Part shown: positions 45,306 to 55,891 of the stretch, one piece after another | Numbering within the stretch: position 1 is the stretch's first letter | Layout of the letters: each line of letters starts with the position of its first letter | IMG/VR virus record: IMGVR_UViG_3300042502_001233 | Location: 1-64,000 of that record | Strand: one strand, 5' to 3' | DNA length: 64,000 bases | Made by a program: the position numbers and the translations under genes | The notes under the pieces: model-generated | Told to the model about the DNA's origin: nothing | Database searches by the model: none | What the model saw: only the letters and a program-made list of their open reading frames with translations

Positions 45306-48300
45306 TTACATTTTAAATGCTGTAACATAAATAAATTTATCACTTTCTCTTAAAACCAAGTTATCAAAACCTATTTCTAAAAGTATTCTTTTAAATTCAT
45401 CTTCATTATCTTTCCATTGATTGGCTGTTTCTGCAATCATGATTGGTTGCATAGTTCTCAATACTCTGTAAGCTTCTTTTAAATAATCTTCATAATTGCT
45501 ACCCATAAGTGATAAACTAAAAACAACAACATCTATAGATTCATCGTCTAAAGGTAATTTTGAAATATCACAAGCTATTACTGAATCATCAATGGCTACG
45601 TGGTCAAATGATAACACTTTGTTGGGTATTTCAGTTTTTAAAAGGTTTTCACCACATCCAAAATCACCAACAATATAATCTTTACGTTTAATTTGTTTAG
45701 CGATTTCTTTATATGGTATTTCTGACCAAGTTTTTCTAGCTTCACGATACAAAGTATGATACTGATACCACTCAGTTGGGTCCTCGGTTAATCGTTTGTT
45801 AGTTGTAATAGAATTTGATACACCCCAGCGTTTATTCATTTGACTGAACTCACCATATTTAGGTAGGTTATGATTAACATAATTTGGATTCAAAGGTATT
45901 TTAAATTCTTCTCTATCAAACGTGATAATCTCACCGTTGTTTAAACGATTAACCCATTCGGCCAACTCTTGTTGTGCTTCAAACACTAATCGTTCTCTTG
46001 AAGGTAGGAGATTTCTAGGAACACGCCCATCAATTGCTAAATCACCCAAAGTTGCTTTAAATCTAATTATATTATGTCTACGTCTGTCCCAACTCCAAAT
46101 ATGTTCGCCAGCTGGTATAATAACTTGTGGAATATAAATGTTAACTTTATCAAATTTAGAACCTTGTCTATTAACACGACCAACTAATTGGTCATATTCA
46201 GAACTGGTCCATGGAAGTACTATTGGTATCAATGTGTCACACACATATTGAATACCGTCTACACCAGTACCAACTGGTGCCGAACCAATTAAAACATCTA
46301 ATTTACCCTTTTTAAAAGCTTCTAAACCACTTTTATCGTCACCAGTATAAAATCCTATACTAAAACCTAAATCTTTTACGAATTTACCTATAATATCGGT
46401 TAATTCAGTAACATAATATGTGTATATTAAAGTCCCCCTTTTTATTTTATCTTTAACAGAATCAAGTTTAGTATTAATTAAAACTTTTTCGAACTCGCTA
46501 ACAGCACCTTTAGGTATTGCTATGATTTCATTAAACAAATGACTACCATCAGATTCTATGATTTCTTCGTTAACTGAAATACCATAATTAGGTTTATAAC
46601 GAAGACCATATCTTGTTAATGCTTTATACATTTCAATACCATTTACAATGTTTTCTTTGGTTTCTAATTCGTTATGAGATTCACCTGTTAACAATTCAAT
46701 TAATTTTTTAGGTTCTGTTAAATTGTTAATAATTGGTGTTGCCGACATAGCCATAACTAATAAATTTTCATTATCTTCTTTAGAGTTTATTATTAGTTTT
46801 TTAACAACATTCCTTCTAATAGATTCTTCGTTATCACGCTGCTTAACATTTTGAACTTCATCTAAAATTATGTAATCAATCTGATTATATTTTAACAATT
46901 CAGAAACAATATATTCACCATCTTCTAACTGAAACGTTTCATAATTTAATACTAAATAATTATAAACATTTTCTTTTAATTTTATGTTATGTTTATGAAC
47001 TAAATTATAATTAGAATTAACACCTTCTAATTCTTTCTTAACGTAAATCTGATTGTTAGTGAAATATTCATTTATGGACTCAACCCAGCCCTCAACAGTT
47101 GCATTATTACAAATTATTATAGTGTTTTTAGCACCAGCTAACCTACCAGCAAATATTGCAGATAAAGTTTTACCAGCACCAGTTCCAGACCAGTTACCGT
47201 ATTTTTTCTCTTTAATTAAACGATAACTAATTAGTTTTTGCATTAAGTTTGGCTGATGTTGAAAAATGTAATCACTTGGGGCGACTATTTTACAAACTTC
47301 TTCGTATTCACTAAAAAACCAGTCTTTAATTATTGTAAACCTTTCACCACCAGTTTCACCTCTTAAAGTATCAACATCTATTTGATTGTTAAGAACTTTA
47401 TTCCACAATTTTTTTAATTGATTCTTTAACAAGAAATCAATATTTTCATCATCCAAAGAAGCGGTAACCATTGTATTATCATACATATGTAATTCTTTAA
47501 TTGGGTCTAAAGGTGCTAATGACTCTGGTTCTTCTTCAGTAATTTCATCAACATTACCCTCAACTAAATCAACTTCTAAATTAGTTGGTTCGTTTAGAAT
47601 AGAATCATTGTTGGTGTCATCGTCAGACTCATCGTTTTCTAACGTATCTAATATATCGTGAATTAATCTTTCTCTTTCCTCCGAACCAGCTTCAGAAGAA
47701 GTTAAAGAATCTAATGACCCTATTTGTTGTATTTTTTTAGCGAGATTGTTTGAATTTATTATGGTTATTAGTTCAACTGAGTCCATATAAATTAAATCTT
47801 TTTCTAAAGATTTAATAAAGTCTAACATATAACGTTTATTCCAATAGTGACCATCACCTAAAGAACCTAACCAATCACCCATAGAAACCCACCCAGAATA
47901 TTTGTATGTTTTTTCTGGCATTGCTGGGATGTTGTCTGGTTTTTTTATGTTTTTCCATTCACTATAAGATTTAAGACCTAAAGTTCTAGCATATTCTCTA
48001 GCTTCTTCAAATGGTAAAAACTCCCTAAAATTTGATAACTTACCATGACCTAACCAATCACTCCAAGATACCCAACCAGATTCTTTATAAACTTGAGATG
48101 GTGATGCTGGAATTTCATCTGGTTTAGCTGAAGATTTAGAAAACAACCTCCATTCTTTTTCACCAGTTAATTTTAAACTTCTAGCATATTCTCTAGCTTC
48201 TTCAAATGGTAGATAATCTCTTTTGTTACATGATATGTAATTAGTTCCTAACCAATCACCCAGCGACACCCAACCAGAATCTTTATAAACCCTATCTGGG

Positions 48301-49202
48301 GCACTAGGTATATTATTTGGTCTTAATTCAGATTTAATAAATTCAACCCATTCCTTTTGTCGGGTTATATTTAATTTTCTAACATATTCTCTAGCCTCTT
48401 CAAACTGTAAAAATTTTTTATCAAAATTTGATAACTTACCGTGACCTAACCAATCAACCCAAGATACCCAACCAGAATCTTTATATGTTTTATTTGGTGA
48501 TTTAGGAATTTTAACATCATAATCGGTAGATTTTAAATATGTTCTAAACTCATTAGTGTTATTTAATTTTAAATTATGTATTATTTTCCTAGCTTCTTTA
48601 AAATCATAAAACTCATCAAAATCTTTTTTATAACCTAAAAAATCACCCCAAGATTTCCACCCATAATTTTTATACATTACGTGAGGTGAATAAGGTAAAC
48701 CATTCACATTTGTTTTGTTTAAATATTCATGATATTTAGTTTGTGATGTTAAACCTAAAATTTTAACTACGTTTTTGGCCTCTTCAAAGGATAAATAATT
48801 TCTATTTTTTAAAGCAACGTAATTAGTTCCTAACCAATCACCCAGCGACACCCAACCAGAATCTTTATATATTTTATCTGGCGATGTAGGTATGTTGTGA
48901 GGCCTTAATTCAGACTTATAAAAATTTTTCCAATCTTGTTGTGTTTTTAATCCTAAACTCTTAACAAAATTTTTAGCAATTTCAAAAGGTAGGTAACCGT
49001 CTTTTAGATTCACCGATGAACATTTAGTTTTATTTAACAAAGCATATGGTGTTATTAAATGTTCTGTATTAAACTTTTTATCAATAACCACCACTTTTTG
49101 GTTAGTATTGACATATTCGACTTTGGAATAATCATAATTATCGTTCCAATTACCACTATCTCTTAATTTTTGTAAAAACTCTTTTGTTTTATCAGTCATC
49201 AT
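45306..49202 (-). CDS. repeat-containing SF2 helicase fused to SAM methyltransferase
   Basis: 6 repeats PFEEAR...GWVSWGDWLG; GTGAGKT, DEVQ, SAT; DFGCGE, FSLSLMG. Confidence 0.8.
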   Translation of the reverse strand: MMTDKTKEFLQKLRDSGNWNDNYDYSKVEYVNTNQKVVVIDKKFNTEHLITPYALLNKTKCSSVNLKDGYLPFEIAKNFVKSLGLKTQQDWKNFYKSELRPHNIPTSPDKIYKDSGWVSLGDWLGTNYVALKNRNYLSFEEAKNVVKILGLTSQTKYHEYLNKTNVNGLPYSPHVMYKNYGWKSWGDFLGYKKDFDEFYDFKEARKIIHNLKLNNTNEFRTYLKSTDYDVKIPKSPNKTYKDSGWVSWVDWLGHGKLSNFDKKFLQFEEAREYVRKLNITRQKEWVEFIKSELRPNNIPSAPDRVYKDSGWVSLGDWLGTNYISCNKRDYLPFEEAREYARSLKLTGEKEWRLFSKSSAKPDEIPASPSQVYKESGWVSWSDWLGHGKLSNFREFLPFEEAREYARTLGLKSYSEWKNIKKPDNIPAMPEKTYKYSGWVSMGDWLGSLGDGHYWNKRYMLDFIKSLEKDLIYMDSVELITIINSNNLAKKIQQIGSLDSLTSSEAGSEERERLIHDILDTLENDESDDDTNNDSILNEPTNLEVDLVEGNVDEITEEEPESLAPLDPIKELHMYDNTMVTASLDDENIDFLLKNQLKKLWNKVLNNQIDVDTLRGETGGERFTIIKDWFFSEYEEVCKIVAPSDYIFQHQPNLMQKLISYRLIKEKKYGNWSGTGAGKTLSAIFAGRLAGAKNTIIICNNATVEGWVESINEYFTNNQIYVKKELEGVNSNYNLVHKHNIKLKENVYNYLVLNYETFQLEDGEYIVSELLKYNQIDYIILDEVQNVKQRDNEESIRRNVVKKLIINSKEDNENLLVMAMSATPIINNLTEPKKLIELLTGESHNELETKENIVNGIEMYKALTRYGLRYKPNYGISVNEEIIESDGSHLFNEIIAIPKGAVSEFEKVLINTKLDSVKDKIKRGTLIYTYYVTELTDIIGKFVKDLGFSIGFYTGDDKSGLEAFKKGKLDVLIGSAPVGTGVDGIQYVCDTLIPIVLPWTSSEYDQLVGRVNRQGSKFDKVNIYIPQVIIPAGEHIWSWDRRRHNIIRFKATLGDLAIDGRVPRNLLPSRERLVFEAQQELAEWVNRLNNGEIITFDREEFKIPLNPNYVNHNLPKYGEFSQMNKRWGVSNSITTNKRLTEDPTEWYQYHTLYREARKTWSEIPYKEIAKQIKRKDYIVGDFGCGENLLKTEIPNKVLSFDHVAIDDSVIACDISKLPLDDESIDVVVFSLSLMGSNYEDYLKEAYRVLRTMQPIMIAETANQWKDNEDEFKRILLEIGFDNLVLRESDKFIYVTAFKM

Positions 49203-49279
49203 TTATAAAATTTCTACAAAGATACGAATTAAAATTTACTTATTAAAGAAAAAGTCATATATTTATAATAAAAATTATT

Positions 49280-49420
49280 ATGAAGAAAGAAAATAAAATT
49301 ATTGGAATTGCTGTTGATAAAGAATTACTTAAAAAAGTTGACGCTGGAAACTATAACCGTTCTAAACTTATCGATGATTTGTTGACCAAACACTACGAAG
49401 AAAAAAAAGTTAAAAAATAA
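49280..49420 (+). CDS. small RHH-like protein
   Basis: MKKENKIIGIAV...NRSKLIDDLL; paralog of 54207..54347. Confidence 0.7.
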   Translation: MKKENKIIGIAVDKELLKKVDAGNYNRSKLIDDLLTKHYEEKKVKK

Positions 49421-49492
49421 TTCATAAATTTATGACTTTTTTAAATTTCCACGATATTTATAAGTATATAACATTTATTAATACTCATTATC

Positions 49493-49654
49493 ATGGGAAG
49501 AAAAGCAAAAATACAAGAAGAAAAGAAAGATAAAATTAGTATCTCTATCTCAAAAGAAAACTACGAAGCAATGGCTTCAGAAGGTATCAATAAGTCACAA
49601 CTAATCAATTGGTTGTTAGAACAACACTTTAATTTATTAAATTATGGAAAGTAA
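49493..49654 (+). CDS. small RHH-like protein
   Basis: MGRKAKIQEEKK...NKSQLINWLLEQHF; paralog of 54421..54588. Confidence 0.7.
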   Translation: MGRKAKIQEEKKDKISISISKENYEAMASEGINKSQLINWLLEQHFNLLNYGK

Positions 49655-50309
49655 AATTTGTAATACGTGTAATACTGAATTACCATTAGATAATTTTTCT
49701 AAAGACAATGCAACTAAAGATAAATTAAAAAATACATGTAAAAAATGTTCCTCAATTAAAAACGCTGAATGGAGAAAAAATAATAAAGAAAAAAGAAAAC
49801 AATACCATAAAGAATATCATAATAAAAATAAAGAAAAATTAAAAGAGTATAATAAAAAGATTAACAATGAATTTAAAAAAACACATGGTATATCTAGACA
49901 TACTTTATGGGATAGAGAGAATAAAGATAGACGTAAAGAATTATTGAAAATTAGACTAAAAAATCCAGTAGAGGCTTTAAAGTATAAATTAAGGAGTTCT
50001 TTAAATGCAATTTTTAGATATAACGGTTATACTAAAAAACATAAATCACACGATATTATAGGTTGTTCATATGAAGAATTTAAACAACACCTTGAATCTC
50101 AATTTGAACCTTGGATGAATTGGGATAATCGTGGGTTATATAATGGTGAGTTTAACTATGGTTGGGATATTGACCATATGGTACCATTATCAACGGCAAC
50201 AACTGAAGAAGAGTTAATTAATTTATGTCACTACACAAACACACAACCATTATGTAGTAAAGTTAATAGGGATATAAAGAAAAATAAAGTTGATTTTTAT
50301 CCAACATAA
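49644..50309 (+). CDS. HNH homing endonuclease
   Basis: WDIDHMVP...HYTNTQPLC..N. Confidence 0.85.
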   Translation: MESKICNTCNTELPLDNFSKDNATKDKLKNTCKKCSSIKNAEWRKNNKEKRKQYHKEYHNKNKEKLKEYNKKINNEFKKTHGISRHTLWDRENKDRRKELLKIRLKNPVEALKYKLRSSLNAIFRYNGYTKKHKSHDIIGCSYEEFKQHLESQFEPWMNWDNRGLYNGEFNYGWDIDHMVPLSTATTEEELINLCHYTNTQPLCSKVNRDIKKNKVDFYPT

Positions 50310-50590
50310 CAGTCAGAATGTTCCAAGATACCTTTGGCTAGTTTGGCTCTGTCATCTTTGTTGTAATCACAAATAAGTTCTTTCCATTCAGCTCTGTGGT
50401 TAACTCTATCCTCAAAACATTCTTCTGGTGTTGTATAACCATATTTGTCTTTAAGTGTGTTGTATAGAAATATATCAGCAGCGGCTTGTGATGATGATTT
50501 GAATGTTAACCCATAATTATCTCGCCATATTTCAGCTAACGTATCTTTCGCGTGGCGAGCGTGTCCGATTACCAGAATTTTTTTAAGCAT
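50297..50590 (-). pseudogene. 5' half of interrupted dNMP kinase-like gene
   Basis: P-loop GHARHAKDT; ends at the insertion junction. Confidence 0.75.
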
Positions 50591-50644
50591 AATTTTATTT
50601 TTTATTAGAAGAAACCCTACCTTTTACAGTAGAGTTCCTTGGTT

Positions 50645-51583
50645 TTATTTAAGTTGGTTTAGCACTGCTGTGCTACCCACAACTTGTGGAACCCTTGGTG
50701 TGTTAGGGTCAACATCAATCCATTTTAAATATTCAATATACAACGGAGTGATTTCTCTTTTTCTAATTTGCATCGCTTCAGCTTGCGCTTTAGCTTCGAT
50801 AATTGTTTGTTGTGCGTTACCGTTAGCAATTGCCACTTTCTTTCTAGCTTCGGCCTCAGCTGTAAGCGCTTTTTGGTCTTCCGCTTGTGCTTGTTGAATG
50901 GCTTTGGTTTTTGCAATAATGGTTTCTTGTAACGATTGTGGTGGAACGATGTTAGTCCTTAACTGTGACACAGTAAACCACTTGGATAAACGTTTGTTAC
51001 ATTCTGTTTTGATAGCAGCTTCAAATAATTCACGTTCGTTGAAGATTTTGTCAACTTCCCATTTGTTAGCTACGTCATTTATAGCACCTACTATGGCTGT
51101 TTGTAACCAACCTTGTTCTACCGATTTAATATCCAATCTTAAGTTTTGGAACATATCACCAACAGCACCAGCTTTTAATGAATAGTTAAAACTAGGGTGA
51201 ATCGTAGCTGGGAAACCACCTTTGGTTATGACTTGTTGTTTTTCGTAACCAATTGTTTGTTGGAAGGTTGGGAATTCATAAAGCTGTTCAGCCCATGTGT
51301 TGAATACAACCCAACCAGTTTTGTATTCATACTTTGACACACCACGTGCATCTCCAGTTAAGTTTACTTTGATACCTACGTTACCAGCGTCAACTCTACT
51401 TAATTTGTAAGGTTGTATAAACCCTACTACAAGGCCAATTACAAAAATGCTTATTGGTTTGATTAACCAACCGCTGTTGAACTCTGGTCCCCATTGTGTT
51501 TGTTTTGTGCTATTTTCCCTCGTGGAAAGAGCAATTACTATCGCTACTATTAGCGATAAGACAATAATAATTGTTGAAATCAT
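50645..51583 (-). CDS. SPFH/band 7 membrane protein
   Basis: TM segments, VDAGNVGIKV, A/E-rich coiled coil. Confidence 0.85.
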   Translation of the reverse strand: MISTIIIVLSLIVAIVIALSTRENSTKQTQWGPEFNSGWLIKPISIFVIGLVVGFIQPYKLSRVDAGNVGIKVNLTGDARGVSKYEYKTGWVVFNTWAEQLYEFPTFQQTIGYEKQQVITKGGFPATIHPSFNYSLKAGAVGDMFQNLRLDIKSVEQGWLQTAIVGAINDVANKWEVDKIFNERELFEAAIKTECNKRLSKWFTVSQLRTNIVPPQSLQETIIAKTKAIQQAQAEDQKALTAEAEARKKVAIANGNAQQTIIEAKAQAEAMQIRKREITPLYIEYLKWIDVDPNTPRVPQVVGSTAVLNQLK

Positions 51584-51588
51584 AAAAT

Positions 51589-51783
51589 TTATTTGTTTAA
51601 GTTATTAATTACGTATTTGTGTGTTTTGCTAATCATGTAAACCGTTGCTATTAGCGCTCCAATTGTGGTTATAAATTGGGTAGTTTCATTCATTGGTCTG
51701 GAGATTATGTATTCGGCAAGAATATTCATACCTATTACCCATAATACCCAACCTAGAATCAATGTTAAAGGTGTTGTTTTCAT
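51589..51783 (-). CDS. small membrane protein
   Basis: two transmembrane segments. Confidence 0.6.
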   Translation of the reverse strand: MKTTPLTLILGWVLWVIGMNILAEYIISRPMNETTQFITTIGALIATVYMISKTHKYVINNLNK

Positions 51784-51859
51784 ATTTTTAAGTTTTTTTT
51801 ACAAATATACTAAATCTTTTTCATATATGCAAATAAAAAAGGGGCAAATGCCCCTCTTA

Positions 51860-52183
51860 TTATGATAGAAGTTCGATTCTTCCTCTGGATATATCTTTAA
51901 GACTTGCAGTCTTGTTGGTTATGTGGTCAACTACCACCCCATCCTTGACTCTGTACGTTCTTCGTTTGTCGCTTCTGTCACCTTTACCGATTTGTTCACG
52001 TCTCTCGTCAACGCTTTCTTGTATGTGACCAGTTCTGTAATATTCGTTCACACGCTTTTTAAGCTCTTTTAAGGCATCTTCTTTGTTCTGGTGTTGATTC
52101 CTTCCATCTCGAACTACTTTGAGCCCTGTGGCCGCGTGTGTGACTACTACACATGAATCTGTGGTATTTTTGTGCTGACCACC
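51860..52183 (-). pseudogene. orphaned 3' part of release factor gene starting at GGQ
   Basis: GGQHKNTTDSCVVVTH...KRRTYRVKD...IELLS homologous to the end of 55208..55891. Confidence 0.88.
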
Positions 52184-52186
52184 AAA

Positions 52187-52510
52187 TTAAACGGCACGAT
52201 ATTCATTAAGCATTTTTTTAATATATTCCCAACAAATATTTGCGTTTTTAAATTCAACATCACCAAATTGACATAATCTCGTGTATTCTTCATCAATTTC
52301 ATTGGAAAATTTAGTGCTATATTTTTTCACATCATCTTTTGATAATTCGTAAAAACTAGGTAAACCATTTTTAACTAAAATATTAGAAAACGCTTCAATT
52401 CTAGTATCTTTATCACCACTATAAAAATGGTCAATCATCTGACAACGACTAGAAATAAGTTCTTCAACTACTTCTAAAGCTTTTATTTTATTTTTAATAT
52501 CTTTTTTCAC
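52187..52510 (-). CDS. hypothetical cargo protein
   Basis: 107-aa ORF following the GHKL gene. Confidence 0.6.
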   Translation of the reverse strand: MKKDIKNKIKALEVVEELISSRCQMIDHFYSGDKDTRIEAFSNILVKNGLPSFYELSKDDVKKYSTKFSNEIDEEYTRLCQFGDVEFKNANICWEYIKKMLNEYRAV

Positions 52511-52512
52511 GA

Positions 52513-54051
52513 TTAATAAATTATAAATTTTCGTAACCTTTCACTAACTTTAATGAAATATTCGGTTAACATTATTTCTTTTTCAGTATCATTATAATAC
52601 TCAATATCAGCTAAAGCCAACCCTAATGAAGCTAATAACTTAAAAGCTACATCTTTAGTTTCAAAGTTAGTTTTACTCATAAATTTAGACCAAAAAGGAT
52701 GTTCTTGATTTATTTCTAAAATATATAGACCTTGTTCTTTAACCGTTTTAAACATCAAACCATTTTCACCTAATTTAATAAATCTATAATCAAAAAATTT
52801 ATCATCTCTGACTCTAGTTTGATTTGGTTTACTTCCTGGTTTAACCGTTTCTTTCTTTTCAACTGGTGTCTCACGTTTTGTGTTCATACCCCTTTCTTTT
52901 TTAATATCAATAAAACGGTTATTATTGATACTTTTAGTTGACTCATCTAACTCTTTTTTAACATCCTCAGTCAACTCTATATTCAATGTTTGGTCTTCTC
53001 TACTTCTGATTGTTTTAATATAAGGTTGGATAGCATTTCTACAAATATCTTTAAACCCTTGGTCAATATCATTTTTATCCTTTTCATGTATCATTTTATT
53101 GAAAGTTGACCCGAATAAGTCATCACCACTACCATTAACAAATAATTCAATTCTAACACCATTAGAATACCCATCACCTATTTTACCCACAATACCTAAA
53201 TCCAAACCAGCCCCAACTAAACGTTTATTTCTATAAATATAAAGGCCAGCATTACTACTATTTCTACCAATTTTTGTTGATAATGAAGTACTAACACCTT
53301 CTAAATTATAAACACTAAATTTAATTTCATTCTCACCATAAACTATTTTTTCATTTGATGTGAGACATTTGGAGTAAAATTCTTTACGAAACATTGGGTC
53401 GAAAGATTCAACTAACTCATCGTTAACAAATAATTTAACATTTAATTCATCAATAAAATATTTGAAATATAAACTAAGTTTACTTTTTAAAATATCTTTA
53501 AAAATAGAAGGGTTTGAATTTGATACTTTATCAAGTTTATATAATTTAATAATAGTACCTGTATCAGAACCAACGTCTTCTTTAAACGATTCTAATTCTT
53601 CTGGAGTACCAGTTCTAATAGGAATAATAAAAGTATTTTGGTCTAACAAAACCTCTAAATCATAAGTGGCAATATATAATGAACCATTTTCACTTTTTGT
53701 TATCACATCAAAAGCTTTACCGATAGATAAGGCAGCAGCTTTAAGACCAGTACCATATGAACCTAAATCGAACTCTCTGTTTTTACCAGTTAAAGCACCA
53801 AGTTTAAATGCTTCTTTTAACGTTTCTAAATCCATACCACAACCATCATCACAAATTTTAATGTGGTCATACTCATCTTTGATTTTCTTAATTGTAATTT
53901 TAACGTTTTTTGAGTTAACGTTTGTGTCTAGTGAATTATCAATAATATCAGCAATTGCCGCATAATTATTGTAACCAGAATTTCTTAAAGTCGCTAAGAA
54001 ATTGACATTTGGAGTTACATCCAAACCATTTGTTTCGTTTAATTTTTCCAT
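52513..54051 (-). CDS. MORC-like GHKL ATPase
   Basis: AIADIIDNSLD, DDGCGM, GSYGTGLK, GT. Confidence 0.85.
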   Translation of the reverse strand: MEKLNETNGLDVTPNVNFLATLRNSGYNNYAAIADIIDNSLDTNVNSKNVKITIKKIKDEYDHIKICDDGCGMDLETLKEAFKLGALTGKNREFDLGSYGTGLKAAALSIGKAFDVITKSENGSLYIATYDLEVLLDQNTFIIPIRTGTPEELESFKEDVGSDTGTIIKLYKLDKVSNSNPSIFKDILKSKLSLYFKYFIDELNVKLFVNDELVESFDPMFRKEFYSKCLTSNEKIVYGENEIKFSVYNLEGVSTSLSTKIGRNSSNAGLYIYRNKRLVGAGLDLGIVGKIGDGYSNGVRIELFVNGSGDDLFGSTFNKMIHEKDKNDIDQGFKDICRNAIQPYIKTIRSREDQTLNIELTEDVKKELDESTKSINNNRFIDIKKERGMNTKRETPVEKKETVKPGSKPNQTRVRDDKFFDYRFIKLGENGLMFKTVKEQGLYILEINQEHPFWSKFMSKTNFETKDVAFKLLASLGLALADIEYYNDTEKEIMLTEYFIKVSERLRKFIIY

Positions 54052-54206
54052 AAATAAAAATTATTTTATATTTAATCGTATTATTTTACGCATTCTAAAT
54101 TTTTCAATTTAAAATACATGCAAAGATACTAACAATATCATCGCTTGTCAAGTTTTTTTCTATTTATTTTTAATTAATTTTCAATATATTTATTAAAAAC
54201 AAAACT

Positions 54207-54347
54207 ATGGACCAGAAAAAAATAAGCGTAGCATTATCACCAGAAGTTCTAAAACAATTAGAAGATAGTAACTATAATAAATCAAAATTAATCGATTCTT
54301 TATTAACTGAACACTTTAAAAAAGAAAATGAAAAAAAGTTAAAATAA
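54207..54347 (+). CDS. small RHH-like protein
   Basis: MDQKKISVAL...NKSKLIDSLL. Confidence 0.7.
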   Translation: MDQKKISVALSPEVLKQLEDSNYNKSKLIDSLLTEHFKKENEKKLK

Positions 54348-54420
54348 AAATCGCACTGGTACGACTTTTTTCTAATTTCTAGATATTTATAGATATAACA
54401 ATTATCTAACACAAAATATC

Positions 54421-54588
54421 ATGGGAAGAAAAGCAAAACTACAAGAAGAGAAAAAAGGTAAACTATCAATCACCATCTCATCCGATAACTATGAAATACT
54501 AGTTAATGAAAACATCAATAAATCTAAATTAATCGATTGGTTATTAGAACAACATTTTAACTCTTTAAACAATGGGAAGGGTGCTTAA
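54421..54588 (+). CDS. small RHH-like protein
   Basis: MGRKAKLQEEKK...NKSKLIDWLLEQHF. Confidence 0.7.
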   Translation: MGRKAKLQEEKKGKLSITISSDNYEILVNENINKSKLIDWLLEQHFNSLNNGKGA

Positions 54589-55195
54589 TGATGAACAGAA
54601 AAAAGCTAGAGCTGAATACCAAAAAGCTTGGCGAGAAGCTAATAAAGAACGTTTAGCTGAATGGCATAGAGAATATAGAAAGAATAACCCAGAAAAGAAC
54701 AAAACCAACACTAAAGCGTATAGAGAGCGTCACCCAGAAAAAGCAAAAGAATCAACTAAAAAATATAAAGCGAATAATCAAGACAAAATTAAAGCTGCAT
54801 CAATAGTGTATAGAGGTAGAAAACTTGAATTACATAATATCAAAAAAGCTAATGACCCAGTGTATAATTTAAAATGTACTGTTAGAAGCGGTATATTAAA
54901 ATCTTTCTCCAGAATCAACGCTAAGAAAAACAATAAAACAGTTGAAATTCTAGGATGTTCTTATGAGTTTTTAAAAGAACATATTGAATCAAAATTTGAA
55001 CCATGGATGACTTGGGGCAACAAAGGTCTTTATAATGGTGAATTAAACTACGGTTGGGATGTAGACCACATCATACCACTGGATACAGCGGTGACCGAAG
55101 AAGATGTGATTAGACTTAACCATTATACCAACCTACAACCACTTTGTAGTAAAATCAATCGAGATATTAAAAAAAATAACCCTAGTTACTACTAG
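54572..55195 (+). CDS. HNH homing endonuclease
   Basis: WDVDHIIP...HYTNLQPLC; close paralog of 49644..50309. Confidence 0.85.
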   Translation: MGRVLNDEQKKARAEYQKAWREANKERLAEWHREYRKNNPEKNKTNTKAYRERHPEKAKESTKKYKANNQDKIKAASIVYRGRKLELHNIKKANDPVYNLKCTVRSGILKSFSRINAKKNNKTVEILGCSYEFLKEHIESKFEPWMTWGNKGLYNGELNYGWDVDHIIPLDTAVTEEDVIRLNHYTNLQPLCSKINRDIKKNNPSYY

Positions 55196-55207
55196 GGTTA
55201 TTTATTA

Positions 55208-55891
55208 TTATGAAAGAAGCTCTATTTTACCTCTTAATATGTCTTTTAGACTAGCAGTCTTATTAGTGATATGGTCTACAACCATATCATCCTTTACACG
55301 ATAAGTCCTTCTTTTATCGGCACGACCACCTTCACCAATTTGTTCATTACGGTTTTCAATGGTTAATGAATCATGACCTGTTTTATAAAAGTTATTAACC
55401 CTTTGAGTTAATTCAGCAATCGCTGCTTCTTTATTTTGGTGTTGACTTCGACTATCACGTCTAACTTTAATCCCAGTTGCTATATGAGTTACAACAACAC
55501 ATGATTCAGTTTTATTCCTTTTTTGCCCACCGTTCCCAGTTCCTCTGGTTGTTTCCAAACGATATTCACTAGGATGTAATTCTACTTCCTTATAATCGTT
55601 TTCTTCCATAAGTGCTACGGTGATTGAACTTGTATGAACCCTACCTTTTCTTTCGGTTGGTGGTACTCTTTGCCACCTATGTGAACCTACATGGTTTAAG
55701 AACACATTTTTAACATTATATCCAGATATTCAGATAGTTATCATACCATCTTTCTCATCAATAACTTTAGCTTCAAATGAATAATTTTTGCAAGCTTTTA
55801 AAAAAATATCTCGCATATCTTTAATTAATAATTTTGAATCATCACCGCCTTCTGACGCTCTTAATTCTAATAAAATTTTATTTGTTTTCAT
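55208..55891 (-). CDS. class I peptide chain release factor-like protein (no domain 1) with in-frame TGA at codon 54
   Basis: LELRASEGG..., HRWQRVPPTERKGRVHTS, GGQ; frame continuous across TGA 55730-55732. Confidence 0.85.

Larger units (their letters stand above)
44687..50299. mobile_element. HNH homing element with RHH genes, helicase-MTase cargo and replacement kinase
   Basis: splits a kinase gene; same module order as 52187..55530. Confidence 0.7.
52187..55530. mobile_element. HNH homing element inserted at RF GGQ codons, with replacement 3' end and GHKL cargo
   Basis: duplicated RF C-terminus flanks HNH, 2 RHH and MORC-like gene. Confidence 0.75.

Noticed and set aside
47860-48990. CRISPR-like repeat array
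   Set aside because: Repeats are in-frame protein repeats within the helicase gene; no CRISPR array or cas gene seen in the window.
55720-55745. prfB-type +1 frameshift at the RF UGA
   Set aside because: No CTT-TGA slippery site; upstream and downstream homology are in the same frame.
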